Assembly: GCA_030429145.1 (NCBI GenBank)
Contig: JAUIDC010000001.1
Coordinates: 360,001 to 392,000, forward strand
Direction: 5' to 3'
DNA length: 32,000 nt
Source: Candidatus Saccharimonadota bacterium
GTDB taxonomy: Bacteria; Patescibacteriota; Gracilibacteria; Absconditabacterales; Absconditicoccaceae
Shown here piece after piece: positions 1 to 10,364 of this stretch. Position 1 is the stretch's first letter; every line of letters begins with the position of its first letter. The notes beneath the pieces are model-generated. The model did not search any database, was not told where the DNA came from, and saw nothing but the letters and a program-made list of their open reading frames with translations. The translations under genes and the position numbers were made by a program.

Positions 1-538
1 TAGACTTTGTACGAGGAATGTTGTTAAATGACTTTATAACGATCTCGTCCTTTTCAGGCATAACAATAAGCGTCTTATTGTTGCTTAGCCCAATCTTACC
101 AAGAACGCTTGCAGCGTCCTTTGTCTTGATAGCCTTCAACGGAGTTGCCTCGAGCCCCATAAGTTGCTCGTTCTTAGCCTTGAGAGTAATGATACCACAC
201 AATGCAAGCTTCTTCATCTTCTTGTTCATTGTCTTAGAGTGGTTCACATCATTTCTTGGACCAAAAGCAACACCTCCATGTCTTCTGATTGGAGAGCTAG
301 CCTCACCCACTCTTGCATTACCAGTTCCTTTCTGTCTGTAGAGTTTTCTACCAGACCCCGTTACCTCTGCTCTTGTCTTTGTGTGAGCGATAGGATGACG
401 AGCGTTTGCCTGTTGCAGGAGAAAGAACTCATGAATAAGGTCGTCGTTGATTCTCTCATCATTGAAGAGAGCCTCATTGAGCGACAACTTCCCCGTTGCC
501 TTTCCATCTTTATTGTAAACTTGTATTGTATATGTCAT
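1..538 (-). CDS. rplD: 50S ribosomal protein L4 (3' end runs off the window)
   Basis: Minus-strand ATG at 538..536. Hand translation MTYTIQVYNKDGKATGKLSLNEALF...TGSGRKLYRQKGTGNARVGEASSPIRRHGGVAFGPRN matches the L4 core. It follows rplC in S10-operon order. It is absent from the ORF track because it is open at the window edge. No in-frame TGA. Confidence 0.9.
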   Translation of the reverse strand, partial: MTYTIQVYNKDGKATGKLSLNEALFNDERINDDLIHEFFLLQQANARHPIAHTKTRAEVTGSGRKLYRQKGTGNARVGEASSPIRRHGGVAFGPRNDVNHSKTMNKKMKKLALCGIITLKAKNEQLMGLEATPLKAIKTKDAASVLGKIGLSNNKTLIVMPEKDEIVIKSFNNIPRTKS

Positions 539-573
539 TGTTACATACCATCGGAAGAATAAATACTATATGA

Positions 574-1155
574 TTATGCGTAGAGCGAAAGAAGACTATT
601 GTATGCCCCTGGCACAGACCCTTTCACTGCGATAAACTTATCATCTCCAATAGTGAGAATATCAACTACTGGTCTTTCATGAAGCGTTACTGTTTCAAGT
701 CCCATGTGACCCGCATGAGGATGTCCTTTCTGAACTCTTCTTGGCTTTCTATTACCCAAAGAACCTACGTGTCTATGGAATTTAGAACCATGAGTCTTAG
801 GACCTCCAGCAAGACCAAATCTTCTGATAGCACCCTGATATCCTTTACCCTTTGAGACGCCAGTCAGTGAGACCTTTTCAACACCCTCAAGAAGAGAAAC
901 GTCAACAGCCGTACCTGCTGTAAACTTTTCTTTGAACTCATCACTTACAGGGAACTCTTTCATCCAAGCGTAAGCGATCTTTTGCCCCTTTTCTTTCTGG
1001 AGTTCTTTCTTGCCACCCGCTAAGATAGCAGCCTCATATCCATCCTTTTCTTGGGTCTTATATCTGACCACCTCCTGTGGAACAATCTGCAATAGCGTTA
1101 CCGCCGTATGCACATCATCCATCCAGAGCTTCGTCATCTCTTTTTTTCTGACCAT
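574..1155 (-). CDS. rplC: 50S ribosomal protein L3
   Basis: 193-aa track ORF containing ...GVSKGKGYQGAIRRFGLAGGPKTHGSKFHRHVGSLGNRKPRRVQKGHPHAGHMG..., typical of L3. It lies between rpsJ and rplD. No TGA. Confidence 0.93.
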   Translation of the reverse strand: MVRKKEMTKLWMDDVHTAVTLLQIVPQEVVRYKTQEKDGYEAAILAGGKKELQKEKGQKIAYAWMKEFPVSDEFKEKFTAGTAVDVSLLEGVEKVSLTGVSKGKGYQGAIRRFGLAGGPKTHGSKFHRHVGSLGNRKPRRVQKGHPHAGHMGLETVTLHERPVVDILTIGDDKFIAVKGSVPGAYNSLLSLYA

Positions 1156-1235
1156 TAGTCAACCTTTATTAGCCATTGGTGTTAGAAATATTTTTTAGAG
1201 TAAAACATTCATCTTTATGCACTATCTTGTATTCT

Positions 1236-1556
1236 TTAGAAAACCTTCACCTCTACAGACACACCAACAGGTATTGAGAGATTTTGAAGATATTCTATCG
1301 TCTTAGGTCCTGTTTCCACCACATCAATGAGTCTTGCATACGTGGTTCTCTCAAACTGCTCTCTTGCATTTTTATAGACAAAGTTTGATCTAAGCACAGT
1401 ATACAGCTTTCTCTGTTTTGGAAGCGGGATTGGCCCTTTCATTTTTGCTCCTGACTTCACAAGAAGGCCGATGATTTTGCTTGCTGAGTTCTCAAGCATT
1501 TTAACATCATAACTCTTCAGTTTAATTCTGAGCTTTGGAGATTTTGCTTCTGCCAT
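1236..1556 (-). CDS. rpsJ: 30S ribosomal protein S10
   Basis: 106-aa ORF with LRIKLKSYDVKMLENSASKI...GPIPLPKQRKLYTVLRSNFVYKNAREQFERTTYARLIDV, an S10 signature. It lies immediately downstream of tuf. Confidence 0.93.
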   Translation of the reverse strand: MAEAKSPKLRIKLKSYDVKMLENSASKIIGLLVKSGAKMKGPIPLPKQRKLYTVLRSNFVYKNAREQFERTTYARLIDVVETGPKTIEYLQNLSIPVGVSVEVKVF

Positions 1557-1668
1557 ACCAGTTGTTGTTGTGAGGAAAACTAAATATTTTTATAGTAGAC
1601 ATAGACACAGAGAGGAGCTTGTTTCAGCCCCACTCCGCAATCCAACCATCTACATTATGATTATCAAA

Positions 1669-2841
1669 TTACTCGATGATCTTAGTGATAACTCCGGCAC
1701 CAACAGTTCTACCACCCTCACGGATAGCAAATCTGAGACCTTCTTCCATAGCGATCTTGTAGATAAGCTCTACGTTGATCTTAGCGTTGTCACCAGGCAT
1801 GATCATCTCTCTTCCTTCTTCGAGAGAAACAGAACCTGTTACGTCAGTTGTTCTGATGAAGAACTGAGGCTTATAACCAGACATGAAAGGAGTATGTCTA
1901 CCACCCTCTTCTTTCTTAAGCACGTACACCTCTGCTTCGAACTTCTTGTGAGGTTTTACAGAACCTGGCTTAGCAAGAACCTGACCTCTTTCAACTTCGT
2001 CTTTTTCAACACCTCTAATAAGAAGACCTACATTCATACCAGCAGCAGCGCTGTCATGTTGCTTGTGGAACATTTCAACACCAGTAACTACTGTTGCAGT
2101 AGCTTCGTCCTGAAGACCTACAATTTCAATAGGATCATTCATATTGATTGTACCTCTTTCAATTCTACCAGTAACTACAGTACCTCTACCCTTGATAGAG
2201 AATACATCTTCCACTGGCATAAGGAAAGGTTTCTCTGTGTCGCGAACCGGCTCTGGGATATAAGTATCAAGAGCATTGAGAAGATCCCAAACACATTTAG
2301 AAGCAGCCTCATCAGTTGGATTTTCTGCAGCCTTAAGAGCAGAACCTCTAATGATAGGAGCGTTAGCACCGTCAAATCCGTTGCTAGTAAGAAGATCTCT
2401 TACCTCTTCTTCTACAAGGTCAATCATATCTGCATCATCAACCATATCACACTTGTTGAGGAATACAACGATATGAGGAACATTTACCTGCTTAGCAAGG
2501 AGTACGTGCTCTCTTGTCTGAGGCATTGGTCCGTCAGTAGCAGCAACCACGAGGATCGCACCGTCCATCTGAGCAGCACCTACAATCATGTTCTTCACGT
2601 AGTCGGCATGACCTGGACAGTCGATATGAGCATAGTGTCTGTTCTCAGTTTCATACTCTACGTGTCTTGTATTAATAGTAATACCTCTCTCCTTTTCTTC
2701 TGGAGCGTTGTCAATAGCAGCATAGTCATGTGCTTTTGCAAAACCTTTTGTAGCAGCTACTGAAGTAATAGCAGCAGTCAAAGTTGTCTTACCATGATCC
2801 ACGTGACCAATGGTACCTACATTAACGTGAACTTTAGACAT
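1669..2841 (-). CDS. tuf: elongation factor Tu
   Basis: Track ORF 1669..2874 trimmed to the ATG at 2841 ([26 protein letters not shown]...DCPGHADY...NKCD...). 390 aa. All glycines are GGN and there is no TGA. Confidence 0.97.
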   Translation of the reverse strand: MSKVHVNVGTIGHVDHGKTTLTAAITSVAATKGFAKAHDYAAIDNAPEEKERGITINTRHVEYETENRHYAHIDCPGHADYVKNMIVGAAQMDGAILVVAATDGPMPQTREHVLLAKQVNVPHIVVFLNKCDMVDDADMIDLVEEEVRDLLTSNGFDGANAPIIRGSALKAAENPTDEAASKCVWDLLNALDTYIPEPVRDTEKPFLMPVEDVFSIKGRGTVVTGRIERGTINMNDPIEIVGLQDEATATVVTGVEMFHKQHDSAAAGMNVGLLIRGVEKDEVERGQVLAKPGSVKPHKKFEAEVYVLKKEEGGRHTPFMSGYKPQFFIRTTDVTGSVSLEEGREMIMPGDNAKINVELIYKIAMEEGLRFAIREGGRTVGAGVITKIIE

Positions 2842-2940
2842 GTTGGATGAATATGTATAAAATGTAAATAACAAATAAGATGATGTATGACGGGCAACGA
2901 TTGGAGTTGCACCATCGTTTTCCCATATAATGTTGTAATC

Positions 2941-3014
2941 TCGGGGATGCGGGACTCGAACTCGCGACCTCTTGGTCCCAAACCAAGCGCTCTAGCCATC
3001 TGAGCTAATCCCCG
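2941..3014 (-). tRNA. tRNA-Pro (anticodon TGG)
   Basis: Hand-folded cloverleaf: acceptor cggggat/atccccg, D arm gctc-agatggcta-gagc, anticodon stem cttgg/ccaag with loop ttTGGga, T arm gcgag-ttcgagt-cccgc (one A-C mismatch). 74 nt, CCA not encoded. Confidence 0.85.
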
Positions 3015-3037
3015 ACTATATTTGCAACTAGATTGCA

Positions 3038-3114
3038 TGGTGGGCATAGGTAGACTCGAACTACCGACCTCGTCCTTATCAGAGACGCGCTCTAACCAAC
3101 TGAGCTATATGCCC
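3038..3114 (-). tRNA. tRNA-Ile (anticodon GAT)
   Basis: Cloverleaf: acceptor gggcata/tatgccc, D arm gctc-agttggtta-gagc, anticodon loop ctGATaa, T arm ggtag-ttcgagt-ctacc. 3' ACCA is encoded. 77 nt. Confidence 0.88.
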
Positions 3115-3131
3115 GCTACTCTTTAATTTCG

Positions 3132-3206
3132 TGGTGCCGGGGGGCAGAATTGAACTGCCGACACAGGGCTTTTCAGGCCCCTGCTCTACCACTGAGCTAC
3201 CCCGGC
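3132..3206 (-). tRNA. tRNA-Phe (anticodon GAA)
   Basis: Cloverleaf: acceptor gccgggg/ccccggc, D arm gctc-agtggta-gagc, anticodon stem ggggc/gccct with loop ctGAAaa, T arm ggcag-ttcaatt-ctgcc. ACCA is encoded. 75 nt. Confidence 0.9.
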
Positions 3207-3513
3207 CTATGATTATAATGCGCTTCGTTTGTCAAATGACAAAAAAAAACGTCGTAAATGACACGTAGCGGCAGTGAGTTGTCCGATGACAGCTTTTACC
3301 CTACACATTTACTTTCATGAGGTTCTACCTAGTTTTTCCCAAAACCGAGGCGTCCGATAACCGACCTTTTGGTTCAGCTCGTGACCTCGTTTATACTTAT
3401 TCGCCTATCGATTGCAAGCGGAAAATCATCTAAATAACACTTTTTTCTAAAGAGGTGGAATTCCGCTCCGATTTCCATACACATAGTGAAATATTTATCC
3501 GACAAGAGTACAT

Positions 3514-4113
3514 ATGAGTTCTCCTCAAGAACAAACACTTGCTACATATAATATGCACGCAGACACATATAGGGAAAATACTATTGATGCTGTTATATGA
3601 GTGCTAAAATATCGAATTGATGAAACCCTCAAAGATCTCCCAAAGGATACAAAGATTTTAGAGGTAGGCACAGCTACTGGTAGAGACGCAGATTATATGG
3701 AGAGTCTTTGATACCACGTCACCAGAAGCGATGCCGCCGATAGTTTCATCTCCTATCAAAAAGAACAGGGAAAACAAATCATATCATATAATGCCCTTAC
3801 CGACACCTTACATACCAATTACGACCTCATTTTCGCCAACGCGGTACTACTCCACTTCACGCCAACGCAGTGCAAAGACGTACTACAACACCGAAAAGAA
3901 CACCTCAACCCCGGCGGAAAGATATCACGATGTGTTCAGCAATGACAATGAGAAAGTATGAAAGATAATAAATGAATGGAAAGATATTTTTATTATTGGT
4001 CGCTGGATGAGGCAAAAAAGTTAATGGAAGAGCTAAAATTCTCCTCCGTACGTGCCTGGGTAGATGAGCCAACACCAAATAGATTTCGAATTCGCTGCAT
4101 TGCAACATTATAA
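3514..4113 (+). CDS. class I SAM-dependent methyltransferase
   Basis: The reading frame is continuous only if 5 TGA codons are read as Gly (199 aa). Motif I is ILEVGTATGRDADYMESL-G(TGA)-YHVTRSD, followed by YDLIFANAVLLHF and HLNPGGKIS. It is invisible in the standard-code track. Confidence 0.8.
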
Positions 4114-4137
4114 AACTTTATCTATTGATACTCTCTT

Positions 4138-4566
4138 ATGATCTCTCAAACACCCCGAGAAGGATTCTCACCAAAGTTTGAAGTTGTAAGCTGTTTCGTG
4201 GAACACGACGGACATATATTATTGCTACAAAGACAATCCCACAAACCACAGCCCAACACCTACGGCGTACCAGCTGGTAAAGTAGACGACCAAGAAGATA
4301 TCCATCAAGCTATCAAGAGGGAGGTCGGAGAAGAAACCTGAATTGACCTCTCTCATGCACACTACTTCACAAAGTTATTTGTACAATACCCCGACTATGA
4401 GTTCATCTATCATATCTTCTCTGCCTCGTTTGAAGAAAGACCAGAAGTAACAATAAATAGCGAGGAACACCAACACCATGTATGGTTGCCACCACATAAA
4501 GCTCTCGAGCTTGAACTCATCCAAGACGAAGACCACTGCATAAAACTTTTTTACAATATTGCATAA
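4138..4566 (+). CDS. Nudix hydrolase
   Basis: Track ORF 4138..4341 continues through the TGA at 4339..4341 to the TAA at 4564..4566 (142 aa). The Nudix box GVPAGKVDDQEDIHQAIKREVGEET-G(TGA)-IDL is completed by the TGA-encoded Gly. Confidence 0.88.
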
Positions 4567-4579
4567 CTTACGCCCTCTT

Positions 4580-5296
4580 ATGTTAAGAACGCTAGCGACT
4601 ATCTCACATATCGAATACTCTCCTTCTCAAGAAGTCACTTTTGTCAGGTGTGTGCCTGAACATAGATTTACTTTCGAAGAAGGCCAATTTCTTATGGTAG
4701 AATCTGTTTTTAATCACGCAGAGCTCGGAAAGCCTCTGAAGAAGCCCTATAGCATCGCGACGACAAATAAGGAACTACAAGAAAAAGGAACTGTTGGGTT
4801 TATTGTCAAAAAGACAATGGATGGATATATGTCAGACTTTTTGACAAAAGGAATCACCATCGGCACGAAAATTGTCTTGACGTGACCAGCTGGACACATG
4901 ACAGATGACGGCACAAATAAGAAATACCTCTTCGTCTCGACAGGAAGTGGAATTTCCCCTATGGTTGGACTATACAATGAGCTATCTCTCAATTCCGAAA
5001 ATAAGATTGTCAACATTTTTGGCGAAAGACATCATCGTCATATCTTGCCAAGTGTCGAGACGCTCTTTAGTCGTAACGATGATCATGTCGAGAACATTCT
5101 CTTCCTTTCTCAAGATGAACACACCCTCTATAGGTCAGGACATGTCCAGCTATGACTAGACGAAGCGCTCCGCTCATTGGGAGAGGCAGACATAACCGTC
5201 TTTGTTTGTGGTAGCCCTCTTATGGTTGACGATATCAGACAGATGCTGACAGAAAGATGATTTACGAAAGATCAGATCAAGTACGAAAAATACTAG
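4580..5296 (+). CDS. FAD/NAD(P)-binding oxidoreductase (ferredoxin-NADP reductase-like fold)
   Basis: Track fragments 4559..4885 and 4898..5155 share one frame and are joined by TGA. The frame continues through two more TGAs to the TAG at 5294..5296 (238 aa from the ATG at 4580). Motifs: KKPYSIAT (RxYS-type FAD site), G(TGA)PAGHM, LFVSTGSGISP, VFVCGSPLMV. Confidence 0.75.
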
Positions 5297-5373
5297 AGGG
5301 ATTGAAAAAGAGCCCCGGTATACCAGAGCTCTACTGTAATGAGTAGCTCTTCGTTCATACGCATAGTTTTACA

Positions 5374-5580
5374 TTAACTTAGCAATGATGAGTTGTCAGG
5401 GCGATCAAACGTTCGCACCGAATTGTCGTCTTTTCTCATCTTTTTGCGGCAATAACGACACCGTCCTGTCGGCAAGGGCTTCGGCCCCGCAAAGTTGATC
5501 TGCTCCTTTGGATGTTCACACGAGCAGACATCTCTTTCATAGTTTGGCGGAGAGTTTCCGCCTTTTTGATTTTCGCTCAT
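5374..5580 (-). CDS. small Cys-rich hypothetical protein (CxC...CxxC, possible zinc ribbon)
   Basis: 68-aa track ORF ending in a genuine TAA. Contains VCSCEHP...GRCRYCRKK. No family recognised. Confidence 0.4.
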   Translation of the reverse strand: MSENQKGGNSPPNYERDVCSCEHPKEQINFAGPKPLPTGRCRYCRKKMRKDDNSVRTFDRPDNSSLLS

Positions 5581-5626
5581 TTCTGTTAGCTTTTGGTTCA
5601 GTCTGATTATACTATTTTTTTCATTT

Positions 5627-5654
5627 AAAAAAAGCTCTGACTATAACCAGAGCT
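5627..5654 (-). terminator. rho-independent terminator (minus strand)
   Basis: 7-bp stem agctctg/cagagct (5633..5654) followed on the minus strand by a T7 run. It overlaps the stop codon of the 5641..5868 CDS. Confidence 0.6.
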
Positions 5655-5868
5655 TGTCAATAATGTTTTCTGTAGAAAATCATCTTTTCTTTTTCTTTTT
5701 TTCTACTGTAATTTTAAGGTCTCCTTTCTCATCTAGTCGAATCGTCCCTATTTTCTCTCCAGAAAAACCCCTTTTCCGGTTTCTTTTTACCAGCGGTTTA
5801 TCATCTAGCCCCAAGCCGAGTCTGCGACGAGTTTCCGCCATTTTTCCAATTTGTTCTGCTGTTGGCAT
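5641..5868 (-). CDS. hypothetical basic protein
   Basis: Track ORF 5680..5868 reads through the TGA at 5680..5682 to the TAG at 5641..5643 (75 aa). It lies downstream of trmD on the same strand. No family recognised. Confidence 0.45.
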
Positions 5869-5937
5869 AGCTCATATATCTTTTAGATTAGCAATATTTG
5901 TTTTTATTGGCTACAGCTTACAGATTACTAACTCTAT

Positions 5938-6633
5938 TTACAATAGCTCTTTCATATTATCTTTTCTCCATTTTTCTATCTCGGCATGGTGACCGCTGAG
6001 AAGAACATCTGGCACCTTATAGCCCATAACCTCTTCCGGTCTCGTATATTGTGGAAATTCGATATTATTCATGTTTTTTTGCGGATCATAACTCTCTATC
6101 AGATGGCTCGCCTCCTCTTTGATAACTCATGGTATCAGCCTTGCTATCGATTCTATAGCAACCATCGATGGAACCTCTCACCCTAGCGTTACAAACTGCC
6201 CTAGCGACACTTTTTCAAAATGATCACCATATGTATCATTCATATATTCTTCAAATCTATAATCTATTCCCTCGTAACGACCGCACACAAAGACAATATC
6301 CTCCAACCTCTCTGCATATCCATACGCCAACTCCTGGTTAAATACCTTCTCCGACGGACTCATATATATAATCTTCCATTTTTCTCCTTTCGTAAGGTTA
6401 TTCTTGGCAATAATATCTTCTACGGCGTCTATCACTGGCTTTGCCTTCATAAGCATCCCTGCTCATCCACCATATATCTCATCATCCACCTGCTGGTGCT
6501 TGTCAGAACAGAAACTACGTGGATTGCTAAATGAAAATGATAGCAGTCCATTTTCAACCGCTTTACTCATCAATGACGTAGTAATAAATGACTCGTAGAT
6601 CTCCGGAAAGATCGAAACAATATGAAAACGCAT
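5938..6633 (-). CDS. trmD: tRNA (guanine37-N1)-methyltransferase TrmD
   Basis: ATG at 6633. Translation: [16 protein letters not shown]...VDDEIYGG-G(TGA 6463..6465)-AGMLMKAKP...[14 protein letters not shown]...[10 protein letters not shown](TGA 6178..6180)[17 protein letters not shown](TGA)-VI...[32 protein letters not shown]. 231 aa, TAA at 5938..5940. Confidence 0.93.
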
Positions 6634-6643
6634 AGGATTAGTG

Positions 6644-6672
6644 TTGACAAACTAGAATAAGCGGATTATAAA
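6644..6672 (+). promoter_or_regulatory. sigma70-type promoter (TTGACA-17 nt-TATAAA)
   Basis: TTGACA at 6644..6649, a 17-nt spacer, then TATAAA at 6667..6672. This is about 60 nt upstream of the ATG at 6732. Confidence 0.55.
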
Positions 6673-6731
6673 TACTGTCCGACACATTACAAGAGTTTGA
6701 GTATGCTGTTTACTGATTTATCTTTGGGACA

Positions 6732-7532
6732 ATGAATCATTCACTAGAAAAGCTTCTTCAGCAGACACCTCTCTCCTACCAGACTCCCGACGGGGAGATA
6801 CAAAGCCTTCAATTTAATGACGATGTTGTTGCCGTTTTGAGCAAGGAGTCTCGAAGAGTAGAAGAGATAACAAACATGTTAGAAAACATGCAGGTAGCAT
6901 ATAAGGCTTGGCAAGACGCACTGAAGAGGCAATCTCAAAAAGAAATTGAGAAGACAGAAAACTACTACACATATATTACAAATAAACTATTGGTCCTCAA
7001 TACCGCCTCTCCCACAACGAGACATATTAAGGAGCTTATCTATGGGACAGCACCCTATTGTTATCTCACAGATGAAAATGTGTCTTATCTTTTTGATAGG
7101 CATATCGTCCCTATCTTACGCAATCCATGGAAACCATATAAGATAAAAGAGTTCGAGCACTCATTGAGGAAAAAACTCGAGGAGATCACGAAGAACAACG
7201 CAGAACAAGTCCATCCTAAGAGCCTTGAAGAAAGACGCATAAAGCTTTCCAATGAGTCCTACCTCACTAGGGAAGATCTTTTCAATGAAGAAGACGATGA
7301 CAGCCAACTTCTTATCTGAAATCTGGAAATCTTTTCTCAGAGTCTTTCTTCTCACCCAGAAGTAGAAAAAATGGAAAAACTAGAGCTTCTCACATATCTT
7401 CTTACTGAATTTCCTTTCTTTACCTTTAATCTAAAGAGGGCTCGTGATCATCAAAGTAGCGAGAACTATCCTCTATTTTATATAGGAGACGATAGACAAC
7501 AAATGCTTTCTAAGCGACCAGACATGTATTAA
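6732..7532 (+). CDS. hypothetical protein
   Basis: Track ORF 6732..7319 continues through the TGA at 7317..7319 to the TAA at 7530..7532 (266 aa). Charged and helical. No family recognised. Confidence 0.55.
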
Positions 7533-7605
7533 TATAGTGTTGTTTTAGAGAGGTACTTAATTATAGAAGAGGTAATATATTTATTGTAAATTGAAAACCA
7601 TCAGG

Positions 7606-8892
7606 ATGCACTTGCGCGAAGAATTGGAGAAACGTGGGTTTTTGTATCAGCACACGAGTGAAGCATTATTTGATATATATGATAAAGGAGGTGAAACCTT
7701 CTACTTTGGGTGTGATCCCACTGCAGATAGTTTACACCTAGGAAATTTCGTCGTATTTATGAATGCGGTTAATTTCATGAGACGTGGAAATAAACTGATT
7801 ATGGTCGTAGGTGGAGAGACAGGCATGATTGGAGATCCAGGTGGCAAAGACGCAGAAAGGACGCTCCTCTCGCAAGAGACACTCGACCACAATATAGAGA
7901 AGATAACCGAACAGGTTGGTTTCATTTTGAACAACCTTCAGACGATATCAGGAGAAGAATTTAGCTTCGAAGTCGTTAACAACCAGGAATTTTATAAAAA
8001 CATGAGTTTCTCTGGGTTTTTGAGAGAGGTTGGCAAGTATATCACTGTCAACCAGATGATGAATAAGGAGACAGTCAAAAAAAGAATAGAAGACCCTAAT
8101 CAGTCTATCTCATTTACTGAGTTTAGCTATATGCTCCTCCAGGCCTATGATTATCACTGCCTGCATACACAAAAGGGCGTCAATCTACAGATAGCGAGTT
8201 CCGACCAATGGGGAAATATCGTAACTGGCGTGGAACTCATTGGCAAAAAAACTGGAGACGAGGTCTATGGGATGACCGGCCCGCTTATTTTAGACGCCAC
8301 AGGCAAAAAATTCGGGAAGTCTGAAGGAAATGCAATCTGGCTTAGTACAGAGAAAAACTCTCCGTATTTTGTCTATCAGTACTTTATGAATACGGCTGAT
8401 GAGGATGTCGAGAGGTATTTGAAGCTGTTTACGCTCCTCAGCCTTGATGAAATTGCAGATATTGTAAAAACGCACGAACAAGACGCTTCGGCAAGAAGTG
8501 GCCAGCGCGCACTCGCTCAGTACGTTGTTCAGACGATATTTGGCAAGCAAGCTGCTGAAACGGCTGAGAAGATAACAGAGATACTCTTTGGTAGCGAAGA
8601 AAGGATTGCTCTGCTCACATCTATGAATGAAAATGAGATAGCTGCGCTCAAGGCAGAAACAGGCGGCATAAAGCTAGAAACGCTACCTATAAACATTTGC
8701 GATGCCATCGTAGCCAGCTGACTAGAAAGCTCTAAAGGGAATGCAAAAAAAGCGATAGAGTCAGGCGCAATCTATCTTAACGAAGAAAAAGTGACATCCA
8801 TTGACACCAATATACAATCCGACCACTTGATTAATGGTCATGCCGCCCTTCTCAGAAAGTGAAAAAAGAACTTCAAAATTCTCTCACAATAA
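7606..8892 (+). CDS. tyrS: tyrosyl-tRNA synthetase
   Basis: Start taken at the ATG at 7606 (the track starts at the TTG at 7591). Contains a class I HIGH-like motif (DSLHLGN) and KFGKS (KMSKS). The track ORF stops at the TGA at 8719..8721. Reading on gives the missing S4-like C-terminal domain AS-G-LESSKGNAKKAIESGAIYLNEEKV...LLRK-G(TGA 8860..8862)-KKNFKILSQ, ending at the TAA at 8890..8892. Confidence 0.95.
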
Positions 8893-8948
8893 CTATTGCT
8901 ATTTTCCCTACTCTATCTATAATAATTGTCCACAAAAAACAAAATAGT

Positions 8949-9362
8949 ATGAGTCAGACCCAAACAAAAACACCCACATACGCACAAATAAAAAAAGCGT
9001 GCGAGGCAATTGGCCTACAGTTTCTCATTGCATATGCCGATGAGGATGAGATGCAACAACAAGCCCCCGAGTTACAAGAGGGATTTAGCCCTCTCTTCTT
9101 CCCGTCAGAGCCTTACAAGATGAAAAATAAAGTTTTCATCGGGAAACAAGTATTTCATTTCCCTTCTTGTATAGCAAAAGACCGTGAGAGCGTTATCCAG
9201 GCTATCTTTCCTGCTCTTTTAGAAACAGGCCTGCTGGTAGATGTCTATACCCTACCTGAATGGCCTCAAAGCCCAGAAAGGTTTACCTACAAATGGAACC
9301 CCGAGGACAATAGTTTCCAAAAAACAGACTCTGAAATTATGAACTTTGGAGAACATCAGTAA
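8949..9362 (+). CDS. hypothetical protein
   Basis: ATG at 8949 within track ORF 8859..9362 (the earlier part overlaps the tyrS tail). 137 aa with a TAA stop. No family recognised. Confidence 0.5.
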   Translation: MSQTQTKTPTYAQIKKACEAIGLQFLIAYADEDEMQQQAPELQEGFSPLFFPSEPYKMKNKVFIGKQVFHFPSCIAKDRESVIQAIFPALLETGLLVDVYTLPEWPQSPERFTYKWNPEDNSFQKTDSEIMNFGEHQ

Positions 9363-9391
9363 GTACAAAACGATTAGTGTAATTTTTTCAC

Positions 9392-9412
9392 GCCCCATAT
9401 CTGGGGCTTTTT
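9392..9412. terminator. bidirectional rho-independent terminator
   Basis: Hairpin gcccca-tatc-tggggc (9392..9407) followed by TTTTT and preceded by an A/T-rich run. It lies between the convergent 8949..9362 CDS and rsmA. Confidence 0.7.
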
Positions 9413-9413
9413 C

Positions 9414-10220
9414 TTATTCGCAAATTTTTTCTAACTCCTCCCAACTTACATCTTCTATCCTCTTGCTTTGTAGCTTTGTAGGCAAACTATATCTATAATC
9501 TCCCAACACCAATAGCAAGGCATCGTTATCTCCCTTCTCCGCTCCTGCCATCTTTCGACTCTTTCCAAGAGTCTTTCTTTTATACATTGAAATTCTTTCC
9601 AGTAGCACTCTCGTCTGCTCATATGAACAACGAGGCACGTTCTCTTTACGAGTCAGCCCTATCACGGCAGATTGTACCTTCGGAGCAGGTGAAAATGCCT
9701 TAGCAGGCACTGTCTTCAAATATCTAACATCAAAGTGATAGTTCAGCAGCCACCGCAAAAATGACTTTTTCTCTGCATCTATCTTGACCTTATCTGCTAC
9801 CTCTTTCTGAACCATGAAGATGCCAGCATGAAACTTTGGATCTTCACCACCAAAAAACTGTACCATGATTGGCGAGGTGATATAATATGGCAAATTTCCT
9901 GCAACTAACGTCTCAGCCGCCTGTAGCCCACTTTTTTTCAAAACTTCTACCGGATCCTGCTCGAGCACATCTCCTCGGATAATATCCACATTTGCTCCTT
10001 CCGTCGTAGATTCTATCAGATCGCACAGCTCTGTGTCCCTTTCAAAAAGGATAAGCTTTTTGTCCAATTGAAGAAGCTTTCTCGTAAGGGCACACTTCCC
10101 TGGTCCAATCTCAATAATATTCTTCAGCCCATACTCAGTGCAAAACTTCTCTATTTTCTGCACAATAAAATTGATATAGGATATATCCTTCAAAAAATTC
10201 TGTCCAAGATAACTAGGCAT
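9414..10220 (-). CDS. rsmA: 16S rRNA (adenine1518/1519-N6)-dimethyltransferase
   Basis: 268-aa ORF: MPSYLGQNFLKD...IIEIGPGKCALTRKLL...GNLPYYITSPI, KsgA/RsmA signatures. No TGA. Confidence 0.9.
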   Translation of the reverse strand: MPSYLGQNFLKDISYINFIVQKIEKFCTEYGLKNIIEIGPGKCALTRKLLQLDKKLILFERDTELCDLIESTTEGANVDIIRGDVLEQDPVEVLKKSGLQAAETLVAGNLPYYITSPIMVQFFGGEDPKFHAGIFMVQKEVADKVKIDAEKKSFLRWLLNYHFDVRYLKTVPAKAFSPAPKVQSAVIGLTRKENVPRCSYEQTRVLLERISMYKRKTLGKSRKMAGAEKGDNDALLLVLGDYRYSLPTKLQSKRIEDVSWEELEKICE

Positions 10221-10301
10221 ACCTTATATCAATGCTATACCACAATAAAACACACCTCATTATACACATCTTCCTAGCCGTTTGCTACGGCTATTTTTTA
10301 C

Positions 10302-10331
10302 AAAAAAGAAAAACCCTCACCGAAGTGAGAG
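10302..10331 (-). terminator. rho-independent terminator of the SLH surface-protein gene
   Basis: The minus strand reads ctctcac-TTCG-gtgaggg followed by tttttctttttt. It starts about 35 nt after the TAA at 10365. Confidence 0.7.
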
Positions 10332-10364
10332 TTTCTCTCTAGCGATAAGCTAGCGAATAACTGA

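Noticed and set aside
1570-2763. A 397-aa plus-strand ORF, the longest plus-strand ORF in this part of the track.
   Set aside because: It lies exactly antisense to tuf. It has a low-complexity, S/L/F/C-rich composition and no recognisable motif. It is a shadow ORF of a highly conserved gene.
3207-3513. A guess that this spacer encodes SRP RNA, tmRNA or RNase P RNA.
   Set aside because: I could not find the diagnostic cores on either strand (GGAA-capped helix 8 with AGCAG for SRP, T-arm plus ACCA for tmRNA, GGAAAGUCC for RNase P). It is reported only as an unassigned region.
10275-10299. A plus-strand-oriented terminator-like hairpin (tagccg-tttgcta-cggcta followed by T6) between the surface-protein terminator and the rsmA start.
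   Set aside because: No plus-strand gene ends nearby, since both flanking genes are on the minus strand. It may only block antisense or read-through transcription, and there is not enough evidence to call it a feature.
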